Positions 1-14,364 are shown, counted from the stretch's first letter. The stretch: DNA of 64,000 nucleotides from Camelus ferus (GCF_009834535.1 NC_045696.1:28336001-28400000); one strand, 5' to 3'. The notes: generated from the sequence alone by a model not told the origin. Translations and numbers: made by a program.

Positions 1-119
1 TTTTGAGAAATGTGAATTTAACTATGTTGTATTTAAAATGTGTCTATTTGAAAAAGAGACACTATTAGCTGTCTACAATTTCTAACACCAGTTAAATCTG
101 TATTATTAATTTCAAGAAT

Positions 120-470
120 AAAATTTTCCCATCTGATTATTTAAGCCAGATAGGATTTCAGTGCCACCAGGGAATTAGCGCAGGAATGATTTGGAGATTT
201 GCATAGTAATTGGTATGACACATATGCCCTACTGTAGAGGGCTATGGACACGGATGGTAATGAATTTGCTTGCCAGGTCCCTGCGATCACTATAAAAATG
301 GGATGAAATTGATTTTTTTTTTCATTCTTTGAAGTTTGTAAGTAACCATGCTGGCTAATGAGCTAATTTGAATAAGCTTTAAACAAGAATGTAGTCACAT
401 TAATGGTAATTATTAGAAAGTAGCACAAAACGAAGCTTTTTAGCTTTCATTCCAAGTTTTAATTAGCAAT
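120..470. promoter_or_regulatory. Candidate enhancer / conserved non-coding element
   Basis: Octamer ATTTGCAT (197-204) next to TAATTG (207-212), many further TAAT cores, three CpGs within ~110 bp, no repeat similarity. Confidence 0.35.
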
Positions 471-1374
471 TAAAAGAAAAGTTATCTGACCTATGATTAA
501 GTTTCAATGTGTTCTTATATATATATATGTAAAATAGTTTTAGATATGTTATTTCCATGGAAAAGTTCTCTAAAGGAAATATTACCAAATACTAAATATT
601 CTAAAAAATACATTTAAACTAAATAGTGAAACTGCAGCACAGTTATCAGTATCCTTATGTGTAAATTACACTCTAATAAATGGAAACAGAAAGCCTTCTA
701 TATGAAAATGTCAGCTAAAATAATCCCAGTTCTTTAAAGTGTTAAATGATTTCTGAGTCACAGATTTGCTTTTCCCTAATTGAGAAATTGTCTGATGCAT
801 GGTGTGCCATAATGATTGTCATTTTTAGAATACAAAAATATTTAGTAATGATAAAATAAACTAACAATAAAAAAGCATTAAAATATTTTCTTGGTCACCT
901 CATTTTTGTCATTGTAGCCATAAAATTTATATGATAAAACGTTTAATATAATGTATTGCCAATCATATATGTAATATTAGAAAAGGTCTTAACATTTATT
1001 TTGACTTTAGAGGTACGTAGTAGATTTCAATATCATTCTCAGTACCTCTGAACAGGTCAGAAGGACAAATCCACAGGAAAGAAAATGTTATTCAATTGAG
1101 AAGTGTAGAAGTGTTTACCGTGAAGGTGATGAAAGATAATTTCGTTTCAATCAGGGCTAATTCATCAGCAAAACATTTTCAAGTGGCATGGAAACTTAAT
1201 AGTTTTCAATTTTCATGTATGCCTTATGGGTTTTCCTAAGCCCTTTAAAACATTCTACTTTTAAATGTGAGTTTCTTTCCTTAGAACCTTCCCCATTACC
1301 ACTCCAAGGATGGGAGCATTATTGATGTAAGGCAAAGTCCGTAATTTATTCATCTTTGAACCCTATTATTTTTA

Positions 1375-1417
1375 GTTTCTGGCACATAGAAGGTGCTCAA
1401 AGAATGTTTGTTGAATG
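1375..1417 (+). mobile_element. L2 3' terminus
   Basis: TCTGGCACATAGAAGGTGCTCAAAGAATGTTTGTTGAATG. Confidence 0.75.
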
Positions 1418-1473
1418 CAGAAGCGAATCTAGCTTTCCCTGCTGTTATCCACAAGGAGAACATTTTCAAGTTA

Positions 1474-1504
<31 letters not shown>

Positions 1505-4500
1505 TAAACAAATAAAAACTGCCTAGGAATAAACTGAAAAAAAAAAGAACATTTTCAAGATAGTAACTAGGGGTATTCATACTCTTAAAACTCCTATATG
1601 TTTGTAATTCCACTGGTAATTATACAAATTTCACGGAAATTGAAAATATCCTTCAGACTATTATTAACCACAAAGTTTTGCCAAATATCCTTCTAAGTGC
1701 TTTTAAGCATGAAGGCTTAATAACATAATACAATCTTAGCAAAACACAATACTTAGAAAATATTTACAATCTTATGGCACAAGATTAATTACTAAAATAC
1801 CAGCCTGAAAAGAATATATATATATACCTTGTACTCCATGTTTCCCAGCTTCTTTAATAGAGAAAACAGAATATAATTTAATGCTTTCTTGACAGAGTCA
1901 TTATCATGAACCTCAGTTATGTGACATCCTATTCCATTACAGATACAATGTGACCGCAGATGTTGATGGCATGAATTCTGTTACTAAGTTTTAATAGTCT
2001 CGTGTAATTAGCTGCAAGTTACCTTGCAAAGGTCAATTGTTTTGTCTTCTTCCCTATTTTAGTCACCTTCTTTTGCTGTTGTTATTATTTGCTAAGTCCC
2101 TGTAATTAGCTAAGGAAAAACTCAGGCTATATTCAAAAACAAATCATGAGGAAAATACATAATCTACTTAAAAATTCTCCATACGTTGGGTTTAACACTT
2201 TGCGTGATACTTACAATGACCTCTAAAATAGTAGAAATTTCCCCAAACACTGGCACCTGAACATGCTGCCAGATGTTTTATTTAACAGATTTGAAACTAA
2301 AAATCAATTTGGTTGTCATTCATTGCCCTTTTGAGGATTTAGCCATAAAATAAAATAAAGAAAAAAGAGGGAGATAGACAAGAATCTCTATTTTACATTA
2401 AATGTAAAAGGGAATTTTGGGGGTAACATCAATCCATAATTATGATAGGGTTATTTTATACAGATGAATAGTCAATAGGTAGATACACATATTCACAAAT
2501 TCATAACAAATCTACTTAGTCACAGGGATACTTGGTATTAAAAATACCCTATATAAAAATTTCAATATATTGAAATGTTCCTTAAAAAGGCTATCAAATA
2601 TTTTAATGTGAATGCTTGGAATCATTTAGCTTAATTTTTTTTTTTCACATTTTCAAGCTGGCAAAAATTTACAAGTGGGTAGACTGCCTTATTATTTTTA
2701 GAGCAGTGTTTCTTATTTTCATATTATGCACTGTCAAGCAAATATTATTTAACTAATCTTTGCAATTTGTCTATTACATTTTCTGTCACTAGTGGAGATT
2801 GCTGATCAAATTCTTTTTTATAATCTATATATTTTATATCAATGTCATTGTTATTCCTTCTGTATTATTCTCATGTAGTAAATAACCTCATGTTGACCTT
2901 TGCTTACAAGCTGCTTCCCTCTGAAAGGGCATCCTGTAATCTATAGACATAGCTAAAGAGGCCAGGAAGTTCAAGGTGTGCTGTCATACATGCAGAATGT
3001 CATCAGGTAGCAGGAACCCCAAGGAGAATACTAACCTCCCCTCTTGCTGTGGTCAAGCATCCCAATGATGTCTTACTCTGCTCTGAGGTGCTGTCAGCTG
3101 AGAGGAAGCAGAGTCTTTGAGACATGAGAGAGGAAGAAATATTTGCAAACTATTTCTCACTTTTAAGGTCTTTTCTCCAAAACGTGTGCATTCAGTTCTT
3201 AATTACTGTGTTTTCTGTATATTTTTCAAGCTGGCATCCAGAACTGAGCACAGTTTACTGATAAGGGTCTGGCACATAAGGGTGTTTGAATGGCAAGTGT
3301 AGCTCTGGTTTCCTGCACACTATTTCGATTATCTATTAATGCTCTCTAGATTTTTTTTCAACATCATAATTAAATAATCGGTTTATTTTAATTATTCTTC
3401 TTACAGTCAGTCTGTTGTGATGAGGAAAACACATACAAACTAAACCAAAGGGGGAACACAAAAGTGAAAGAAGACTTCATAGCCAATCAAGTACATGGGT
3501 GCTGCCCTGACCTGCCATCGACTTGAGCAGAACACCTAAAGTCTCGAGCGTGTGATTTAATCTGCCAGATTCCAGTCATAAGAATGTTTAATTCCTAGGG
3601 CAGACCATGAAACACTTCATCTACTTTCCTCAAGCATACCGTGCTCTTTTAGAGCTTCAGGGATTTGCTCATGTCCCTTCTACCTGGAATTCATTTTAGC
3701 TCCCATTTTGCCAGCACTAATCCTTCCTTTGAAACTTACAAGGAAGCACCTTCATAATCCTAAATTAAGTAGCTCTCTGGCATGCAAGCTCCTATAATAA
3801 ATCCATTGCTCCTGCTCCATCAGCTCCTTTATCAAACCACACTGCAATCACCTGTTCTCTTAGTCGAATTACCATGATGGCAGGACATCCCCCACCTACG
3901 GCCCAGACATATCCAGCATGGCTCTAATACTTATTCTTTAATCATTGTATATCCTCTATGTTTTTAACTTTTCTTCCAAAATATAAATTGAACAGATGCA
4001 GCTTGATGATATTCTTCAATGTATTATAAAAATGGTTTTATCTCTGGTTCATATAGAGGATCTCTCATTGATAAGAGTTCTATCTAGGTGTTCTATCAGT
4101 TGGTTTTTCAGATCCATTAAACATTTCAGAAACTGGCAACAAGAGTATGAGGTTCTCTGCAATCCCAGAAAGGCCCCAGTGTTTCTCCTAGTTTTCTGCT
4201 CCTGACAGACACAAGTTAGGTTTAAGATGAAGACTTTTCCTGGCAGAGATACAATACTAAACTGTAAAAAAAAAAAAAAAAAAGAAGCAAGTTTTCATAA
4301 GCTAAATCCATTCTAATCAGAATAATTGAGATTATTTTCTTCCTACATTTTTAAGTTAATATTGTCCTTTCATTTTAAGAAAAACTGATGAAGGTAAAAA
4401 TGGTAGTTTTCTAATGGTCTTTATTTGGAAAAATAAAATGAAATAATATTGATCAATAATCACCTTTGGGTCCTTCCAATTTTTGTTGTGGTCACTGCTG

Positions 4501-7500
4501 AGCTATCACTGACCTCTGATATGGATACTCTGAGAAGGGTTTTTCTGGAGCAGTTGCTAAATATTACTCCTGGCCGGGAAACTTTGTGGATCTAATCACA
4601 GGAACTATATCTAAAACATTTGTTCAGATCTCAGAGTGATAAATACATGGAAGTGACTAGGAAATAATGCTTTTCAAGTAGTTTTATACTGTTTAGAGTC
4701 GTAATATGAATCTTGTTCTCAAAAGAAAAGAGCAGCATCTTTTTAGTTCAAAATGAGTAATTCGTGGCCTTGAGGCTCACAGGAGGCAAGCTCGCATTGC
4801 AGTGCTGCTCACAGTGAGGGCTCGGATGTCTACAAGGAGACTTCATCGCAAACGCTGATGCCTTACAGCCACTCAGGAGCTCAGTGAAAGAAAAAACACT
4901 ATGATTATGTGTTGGAGGAATAATGAAATCATGCAAGGAAGGAAAACAATACTGCATAGACCACAGCAGCAAAAGCCCTTTAAAATAAAGCCCCTTTAAA
5001 ATATTAGCAAATTTAAACTTTATGCTACTAGTAGTCACGTTGCATCATGAACCTTCTGTAATTAAACTCTTTCTAACTCAAAGTTTCTTTAATTATCACT
5101 CGGGATGAATAATTTTTATATTTTCTATGTGCAGAAGAGCAGCATGTTGACTAAGACAGTTTGAGAGGATATTGTAAGATACTTTCAAATTAGCCCAACT
5201 TACTATGTCTGAAAATTTATACATTCATTTTTAAACATTGTGTATCTTCTATTGTTTTATTTTTCTTCCCAAATGTAACATACTGAACATACAACAAATG
5301 CATCCTGATTGTGTTTTTGAAGTGTTATAAAAATAGTTATATTATATATAGTTATTATATATAAAAGAATGATTTCGACTGACTTAGCAGAGACCTTCAT
5401 AACTATGAAATTACTGCTATCACTTTAGTGGTTTAGGTTGAAGAGGTAAAAGCTTGAATAAAATTTGTACCATTTAATAGATAATGAGATTTTTTAAAAT
5501 GTTCTAAAACCAAAGCATAGTTAAGGCAATGTGTTTAATATGCACAAACTAAATTCACAGGTTTAAAACAACTCCTTTTTTAAAATTAGGTGTTAGACAA
5601 AAACAATGCACAAAACTTTTTCGTTAATTAAAAAAAAAACTATACCTGATACCTGTAACAATAAATATTAGTTAACTGATCATAAAATGATTAAAACCCA
5701 TGAAAAATTATTACTTAGTACAATTATTATTATAACAATATAACCAACTTGCTCCAAATCCTGATTTTATCTATAGATTTGATAAATCTCTTCTTCAGTA
5801 AGGCATTCTGGGACGTTCGCTTTGCTCTGGGGCTGCGGCATTTAGTCAAGTTTCTCTAGCTTCATTTACTGCTCACAGTCCCGCTATTTTTGTGCCACCA
5901 TCATCCTCAATCAAAGAGCTTTTTATAGCATTGCTACTTCAATTTCCTGTGTCTGTGTTTCCTGCCACCACTTTCTTTTGGCAGAAACCAAAGTGGAGAG
6001 CAGGAAAAGTGCTTGAGACAGATTTCCACCCTACGAGAATCATTTCCTTCTTATCAAAAACAGACTCGGTTCCCCAATCTCTGACTTTCTCTGAGAATCT
6101 CTGTTCGATTACTGGGGGTAGATTAGAGGCAGCCAGTTTTTACAATACAACAGCTTTTCTCTAATTTCTTCGGACTCCTAAGGACAACCCACAATTTATC
6201 TAAAATCAAGACATTTTTCTTAAGTTACTTCTCTGCATGGTGCTTTGTTAGTTATATATTCCTTTGTCAGTCCCACTCAAGGGGCCAATAGTCTAGGAAA
6301 AGTATAATTTGAATTTTAATAAAATCCATTCAAACGTGATTTAGTAAGAACACAAAGTAAACAATAAATTAAGAATATAATTTTTAACATGAATTTAATT
6401 AAAGAGATTTTTGTTTATAAACACAAAACGATTCACTTCACCCCTCAAGCTGGTAAGATATTTTTGTATTCATTTTTTTTTCCTTTTTAATGCACCATTC
6501 TGATTAAAGTGTTCTTTAATCAGAGTTGATGTTTCATGTTATCAAAGGGGCATTAATTGCAGTACAATCTAGGAATGGAATAGAGAAACTTCAGTGTGAT
6601 GACCTTGCTCAGACCTTAATTTTGGACTTGACCAGAATATTCATTACAAACAGTCAATGCAAATTCTGATTTCAAAATAGTTGATTATTGCTCTTCTCTC
6701 ACACAGGTGTGGTCTGGGTTTAATAAGTACGGTAGAGCAAAGGAAATGGGAAAGTAAAAAGAAATGAATGGCTTTCCCTAGATGTTGAAATACTGAAATT
6801 TTGTTCAAGCAGAACAAAACCCATAAGATTCTACCTTAAGATTTTAGTGAAAATGGAAAATTAGCATACTCTTTTACATTCTGTTAACCCTAAAAATCAG
6901 ATCTCTTGCTTTTAAAAAATCTTTTGCTTGGAAACATGAACTTTTAGGCAAAATACCCATTGATTTATTCTTTTTTAATTTATTCACGGAACAAGCATTT
7001 GAGCTCACAAAATATGTAGGGAAACTATACTCACACAAATTGTACACCAAAGACAGTATTAGGATTTATATGTGACTGCTAAGTAATATTTGCTGCAGAA
7101 CATTCTACTCACTTCATTAAAATTAGTCTTGGAATTCCTCATAAACCCAAGATGAAAAACAGATGAGAATGGAATCACTTTTATGAAAACATAGGTGAGT
7201 GTCCTGGGAACTTTTGCCCCATATTTCCATTAGGCTCTTGGCACAAGGTTTTGGATCATTTGAGGACAATTTCATTAAAGAACTATTTACAAAAGGATGG
7301 ATGTAGGTTGGAGAAAAGAAAAAGATAACCCCTTTCTTAGGATTCTTCCCATTCTGGGCCAGAAGGAATCAGGGAGAAAGTAGCTACCAGCAATTGGAAT
7401 CCAGTGAATTGCAGATGTGGACAGGGTGAGATGCCTGAATTGGTCCTGTGGTAAGGATGCCAGGAAGAGACACCTTGGTGATCTTCCTTCCTTCCCTCCC

Positions 7501-7665
7501 TCTGATAGAGTACACAATACTCTTTTTCACTGATGAGTCTAGAAAGACTAATGCTGATGCAGATCACTAGCATTTCTCTCCAGCTTATTACATTTGTTTT
7601 ATTCTTAAAGGCCAAGAATAGGTTTCTAAGTCTCCAGATGGTCTGGCTTTGTAACTACTGAGATT

Positions 7666-8050
7666 TGTTAAAATAAAATTTTCTGCAGACAGTTTACTGA
7701 TCTAGTTGGCTTTAAACTTAGCAAGTCATGAATCGAGAAGCATCCAGTCTAGAAAATAGAAAGAAGTTTGAAAGAAGCATAAATATAGAGATTGTTATAG
7801 ACCAAACTGAGTAGGAAGCAGGAAGTTATCCTGGGCATTTGCTGATTGGCTGGAGCAGGGTTACTTTTCTTATATTGGAGCAAAGAGAAGTCTGGGAGCC
7901 TGGGGAGGGTAACTCGTGCTGAGCAGACAAGTGCTGATGGGTTGCCTTTGGCCTTCTGTTTCTGGGACAGTGGGACATAGAAACTCAGTAAAGTTTTGTT
8001 TTAGTTAGCATGAGTGACTCCATCTTGGGTCTAGTCTGGTTACTTTAACA
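7666..8050 (-). mobile_element. ERV1-class (MER4-group-like) solo LTR
   Basis: Termini TGTTAAA...TTTAACA; 4-bp TSD GATT (7662-7665) / GACT (8051-8054); CAAGATGGAGTC motif near the minus-strand 5' end; CCAAT box on the minus strand (GATTGG on plus). Confidence 0.85.
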
Positions 8051-9326
8051 GACTCTTTCCTGCTTTCTTTCTTTTCTTTATGTTCTTAAAATAATACCGC
8101 CCTTTTTTTTTAGCCAGAGAATCTATTTATTTGAGAGCAGAAAGAGAGGATAATTACAGTTTTTATCTTCAAGAGTTTAGCTGTCCTGACGAGTAGCAAA
8201 CCTCCTTGGATGTGGTGAGGATGTGCTTGCCAGGGGGGAAGAAGTAATGCTTCGTATCTGGTAAATATTTAAGATTCTGATTAGTAACTTGTATTTTCTG
8301 AAGTTCTCTGTCAATTTCCCATCTTGCATCCTTTTCCCCCCTCCTCATACTGAGTGGAAACCGCAGTAGCTGTGTTTACTCTCCCTTACACTTGGCCCTA
8401 GTTCTGCATTATCTCCATGGTTGCCTCAGGCCAAAGAACCCTGACGGAGTTGTTCACTTGGTGTGCAGCCTTCAGCTTTTTTGGGTCTTCCTTTTACTGG
8501 TTAGTGTTACTTTCCTACACTTCAGCTTTTCCTTTCCATTTTGTTTTACTATTAAACCTTCTTGTCCTCAGGCCAGAGTTATCTTTCTAATACTCAGATC
8601 TGAGTGTATTTATTGCCTGAGATCTCTGAAAATTCTTCTGCACTTTCATTGTGTGTTTAATTGTCAGCATCCCCAAATGCACTGTGAGCTTGTGGACTTT
8701 TTTCATCCAACCCTCAGCATAATGACAGGACTTGATTACATGCGTGGTAAGATAATGAACAAATTATTTTTGAAGTTTGAATCTTGAATAGTTTCTTTCC
8801 ATGGATATGTGCTACAGTGTAACCCACTTATGCTCTCCCTATGTAGATGCATAATATCGAAAAAAGCAATCATGAAAAATGTTGTAAAAATAATCAAAGA
8901 GAAATGCTTTCTCCTATTTATGCACTTCTGGAGTTTTAACCATGTTCACTATCTTATCACACGGAGGCTAAAAGGTAGAAGAGTGATTTTTATATAAAGG
9001 TTTGTTTTTGAATGCCTGAAATAATTTAAAAAAAAATTTTTTTTTTTGGTTTCATAATGGCTGCTTAACACTCTAATAGAAAGCATCATGTTTCTTAGCA
9101 CGGTCATTGAATGGAATGATATTTTGAGGTCCTGCTTAACGCTGAAGATGTGAATTTTGGAAATAATCCATGACCTTGCCAGCACCACTCAGATACACAC
9201 ATTTAACTTTCACGCTGCACCAGCAGAAGGATGTGTAGGAACCAGAGCCCGTAACTCTAGGTCCAGGCAATGCTCACATGTTTGAAAGTGTCTTAGGACA
9301 GCCCAAGCTCTCCATACTACTGACAG

Positions 9327-9347
9327 ACACACACACACACACACACA
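9327..9347. repeat. (AC)10 microsatellite
   Basis: Read directly. Confidence 0.9.
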
Positions 9348-9689
9348 AGAGGGAACACCCATTTCATAAGCACATTTTAAATTTAAATAGGTTCAGATAA
9401 TGAACACCACTGATACTTTTTCTCCTAATGTAGACAGTTCCTAGTGCTGCATAAGAACGTGTACTCCCATGTGTTCACATGCACACACTCACACATCATT
9501 CATCCTTAAAAAAAAGATCAAAGTTAATTTAATTGAACTATTCACCTACAACTGAGAGGCAGCTAATTGACTAAGAAAACATGGGAGAGTATATGATCAT
9601 TATTTTCAAGAAATATTTGCTTGGTGCTGCTGCTCTGGCTAATTCTCTGTGACTTACCTCCAAATATAATGCCCAAATTCAAAATTTGA

Positions 9690-9915
9690 ATTGGTACAAA
9701 ACTAGTTCTTCCAGATACACACTCCCACTGTACTCAGTTTTATTTCTATTCTAACAGTGTCATAACATTACGATTATTTTCTTACATGTATGATTACATC
9801 CAGAACTGTGAGCTTCTCAATGCAAAAAAAGTGGCCTATTTATTGCTGTATGGATAGTAACTAAGGAAATCAGCAGACAACCAACATGTGTTGTGGGATG
9901 AATGTATAAATAAAC
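9690..9915 (+). mobile_element. L2 3' fragment
   Basis: AGAACTGTGAGCTTCTCAATGCA...TTTATTGCTGTAT...ATGTGTTGTGGGATGAATG. Confidence 0.65.
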
Positions 9916-10077
9916 GATAAATGAATAAAAGAATAAATTAGACTTCAGCTTGTAAATTGATTTCAGGTATTCAATTCTTTGAAAAGGATTCAAAGCCATA
10001 TGTTGCCTTCAGTTTATATAACATACAGGCATTGATACATGTGTATATGTCCACATGCACACACACACACACACAGA

Positions 10078-10250
10078 GCCTGAATTTCTATAATGTGCCA
10101 GGTATTGGACTTGGCACTTTATGTCCAAGTTTATTGACCCTCACTTTACATGTGAGAGAAGCAGCTCCGAAGGATCAGAAATGTACTCCAAGTCATCCAG
10201 CCAAAAAAGTAACTTACCACCTACGATTGTGTGAGTTCAAGGCCTATGAA
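10078..10250 (-). mobile_element. MIR SINE fragment
   Basis: TAATGTGCCAGGTATTG...CACTTTACATGTGAGAGAA...CCAAGTCATCCAGC. Confidence 0.65.
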
Positions 10251-10683
10251 TTTTTATTACAGACTGATTGGAAATTTCGATATTCTCCACTAATATTAGA
10301 CACTAATAAAGCAACTCTCCCCAAATTCCATCCCTGATAATTGGATTTGACAGAAGACCAAGAAACCAACAATAGGTTAAATACAAGTGTCATAAAAATG
10401 CTCTGTAAAAATAAGTGGGTAGAATTCTAATCTCCAAAATACTCAAAAAGTCTAAAAATTAATTGAATATGAAGAAATGTCTCTATTTTCAATTCATAAG
10501 CAACCCTAAATTGATAAATCTTCTTTATACAGATAACTGAGGAATTATAAAGAGAACTGAGGCAGTAGAGCATTAATATTTGAGGAAAATGCTGAATCAA
10601 AGGCACTGTAATAGCTGTTGGGGAGAAGCAAAATATTCAATGGCTAGGCTTCTTGTTTCTAAGTGGTAGCTAACATTTTTTTG

Positions 10684-10754
10684 TGTATATATATATATAT
10701 TTATTGAAGTATAGTCAGCTTACAGTGTTGTGTCAGTCTCTGGTGTACAACATA
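10684..10754 (-). mobile_element. Very short LINE-1 3' terminal fragment
   Basis: TTTATTGAAGTATAGTCAGCTTACAGTGTTGTGTCAGTCTCTGGTGTACAACATA is the reverse complement of the terminal ~55 nt of the L1s at 28016 and 39095. The tail has become a (TA)n microsatellite. Confidence 0.85.
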
Positions 10755-10811
10755 AACGTTTATATTTGACTAAGAATAAGTTGAGCTATGTCATTGTGTT
10801 GTAGTATCAGC

Positions 10812-11072
10812 TATTAGTTGAGCACCTATTATGTGCCAGAATCTCTACTGTAAACTGGAATACAGCAGTAAAGATAAATGTCTTTATTCTAAGAGATTTT
10901 AGACTTTTTTTATTAAAGAGATACATTAAATAAGTGACTGCATAAACTTATGATGATATTCTAATATGGAAATACACGTAGTACTACAGGAAATAAAAGT
11001 AGGGAAAATAATATAGTCCAGGAATCAGGAAAAATCACTCGATGGAGTAAATATTTAAGATGAAATTTGTAG
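10812..11072 (-). mobile_element. L2 3' fragment
   Basis: TTGAGCACCTATTATGTGCCAG...GGAATACAGCAGTAAA...GGAATCAGGAAAA. Confidence 0.75.
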
Positions 11073-14000
11073 GTCCTTCCATGAGTCACATATTATTCGA
11101 TGTCACCGTAAAATAATAGGACTTAGAGTTGATTAAGTCTGACCTGCATTTCTATCAAAACCTAATCACTTATGATGATGGCCTGGGGCACCTGTGCCGG
11201 GCCAGGTTAGTCATCTTCTAAGCAGGAAAGTTTGTTAAAGGCAAAATCACGAAGCAGATGTTCAGAATATAGCCATCTCTCTCCTTTTCTCCCCAGCCTC
11301 TGTTTATTCTTCCCTTTCTCAACTCCAAAGACTCCATTTCCTTCTCTTCAATAAAGATGCATTGTTAGCTTTGAGCGGTGAAATTTCTCTGCCTTTAAAG
11401 GAGACTGAGTGAAATTGATTGCCTTTCAGCTCCCACGTGTAAAACAGAAAGAAGAAAACTTTGCTCCATCGCCGTCATATTCATGGATTCCTCTCCCTGT
11501 CTATCTACCAGTCTGCCTGCCTGTCATCTATCTACTTGCCTACTTATCTGCCTACATATTGAGGAGGTGGGGGAGATGTAAAGGTGGGCGATGGAGTCAA
11601 CAGGAAAGGAAGATGACAAGGACAGCCAGTGGGGCGTGTGTCACTGACAGATGGAGACTTCACTCTCCCCTCATGCCACACGGTTCTGCAGATGTCTCTG
11701 GTCTTTTTACCCATGATGCCTTCTGATATGCTTGTTTCCAAAATCAAGTCATGTTTTTTCCATTGTCTACTATATTGCTTATTGAGGTAAGGCAGTGTTA
11801 GAGCCTAGAAAAGCAAGGTTAAGTAAATGTCAGCGTTTGTGTTTCTGATTTATTTCATTTTACTTCTCAGAGAAGAGCCTTTTAAATATTCAATTATATA
11901 CATTCACATTTATTTATATATTTATAATCTATTCGAATTGTATTTTTATATACAATTTTGTAAATCACCCATGTGAGTCAAGATCTTACTTCTCTTTTAA
12001 AATATAATGGCAGTGGTGGTAGAACCAACACTGTCATAACAGCAGTGTAAGAAAGGAGTGCCAGAAGTCATGTAAGAAGGGAAGGGGACGTGATGGCAGC
12101 CCAGTCCACAGACAATACAATTCAGCCCATATTGTAAGTTCTTGACTGCTTCAGAAATGAGATCTCATTTATAGATACTAATGATGCTCTTCAGGAAAAC
12201 TGTGTTCCTTTTGGTATGATCAGCAGTGTTCATCACTAATCCACATATCCTGAGGCTGAGTTTACGTTAGGGATTCCATTATTATAATAGTCTTTATGCT
12301 AATCTTTGCCAGCACTGGCTTCTTTTTGCATCCTTAGCCTGTTGAGAGTTCTGTTGGCACCTTATCAGCAATAGGGAGTTTTCATCACAATCACATCATA
12401 CATTGATAGGAATGTTTAAGGACATCTTTATTGATCCATCATGTGAGCAAAACCTTTAAGAAACAGAGAAGATAGAGCTTCTATAGGTCTGTAGTTATTT
12501 GAAATATATTCAGAGAATGCAGATTTCGATCTTAAACATTTCCACCATCTTAGCACAATGATTTAAATCATATGTAATGGCATGAATTTTTCTATTCTCT
12601 AAATAATTCATGAAAGAAAAATCCAGTGTAAGTACAACCTTTGAACGTACATGTGCTATGAGAAATAATATATTATTCTCTCTTCTTGCAACTTAACTAT
12701 TACAGAAACAAAGGTTATTATGTCAGAAGAGATAAGAAAAAGGAAGAATATGAAAAAAGGAGTAAAAAACAAATTAAGTTTGACAATGCTGTCAAACTAG
12801 CTTTGGGTTCACTCATGTCTTTCATTATATATAGTCAGTTCTATGTCAGAATCTCATCATCACCAGTGGATGGATTCCCATAGCTTACTGACAGGTAACA
12901 CTGCTTTCAATTTTTTTTCACTTCACTCTTCTTGTTTTTACTTTTGGGGAACTAATCTTTCATTACAGACGTTGTCATCTTTTTGTTATTCTCCTACCAA
13001 AGACTATTTAATGTGTAATTAGCAAATTAGAAATATATCAAATGGTAAACCCATTCTCAATGCTTATCTGATATTTTGAATTTATTTCCTCCTATACTTT
13101 TCCACAAGAAGGCAAATACGTTTCTTACAGTTTCTTACATTTTTTTGCTTATTCTTTTCTATTATACTCAGCAGTGTCTTCCCCATCCTCTCCTCTCTTT
13201 AAGGTAAATATGTGCACTTCCCCTTTTCTGGCTCAACAGTCGCTGAAACAGACTATTTAATATTGATAGCTGTGGTACAGACAAGGTACTAGCTAGCTGA
13301 TTTTACTTTTAAAATCCGCATTGTGCATATATATGTTGCAGGTACAGTGAAAAATAATACATTGCTAAATAATCAAGATTCAAAACATTCATTTCTTCAT
13401 TCATTTCCCCACTTTCAATAAATAATCATTAGACCATGCTACATGTTGAATAATGTATACGTCATGATTTAAAGTTCTGAATGGGTTAAATTTGGACACT
13501 TAATCTGAAACCCAATTTGGCTTATTGATTAGCATACATCAAAACGGTCCATTGTAAGATGGACCAACAATCAACTTTAGTCAGCTCTCCTGCTACTTAC
13601 GTTGAATTCAACGAATCCGTCAAGAAATAAATGCTGTGTGCTAAGTTTTATACTAGTATATGTATTGAGCTTGGCTAGGAGGAGAGCAGATGGGCGAGAT
13701 AAAGAGAAGACATTGAAAATAAGTAGAAGAAAGAAAAAAACCAAAGTCAGAAATAAAAAAAGGAAAGAAAGAAAGAAGGATGAAGAAAAGAAAGATAAAA
13801 ACCATATGGTCCATGCTCTGAAGTATTTAAAATCGAGTTGGTTATCTAAACGTGAGCTAGGGAATTTCTGAGACATACAGTTAAATAGGTGTTTGCAGCT
13901 CTCCAGTGCTTCCCAATTTCTCTGCTGAGACTTAACCAAAGTGAGTTATCAACACAGGCCAACAGAGCAAGTTCAGAGGGGCCCGGAGTTGCAGTTGGCT

Positions 14001-14364
14001 TCTTCTATGGGAAAAAAGTCATGCTAGCACTCAAGAGTTCCCCTAGTAACATGTTAGCAATTCTATGCTGGGTCACATTTACATACTCTGATGTTCCGGT
14101 CTTACTGCGTCTTTCAGGATACTAGAAAAATAGTGTAAGTTGATATTTTATCAACTTTTAGAACTCATGCATAGATGATATTGCTTTGGGAATGCAAGGA
14201 AAGGAAATCTTTTTTTCCTTCCTGAAGTATCATGGTGTATGTGGGTTAGAAATTAATCACTGGTAAAAGTATAATGTTTGAATTAATAGACAATAAATGA
14301 AAACATTTTGAAAATATTTTTAAATAGACCTTCTAAATATTTTGTTTCAGAATGAAATAGTGGG

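Noticed and set aside
4748..5038. CpG-containing 96-aa minus-strand ORF
   Set aside because: No convincing splice sites, non-ATG start and no recognisable domain.
13577..13939. Overlapping K/R/E-rich (+) and F/L/S-rich (-) ORFs
   Set aside because: Produced by an A/G-rich low-complexity tract (13720-13800).
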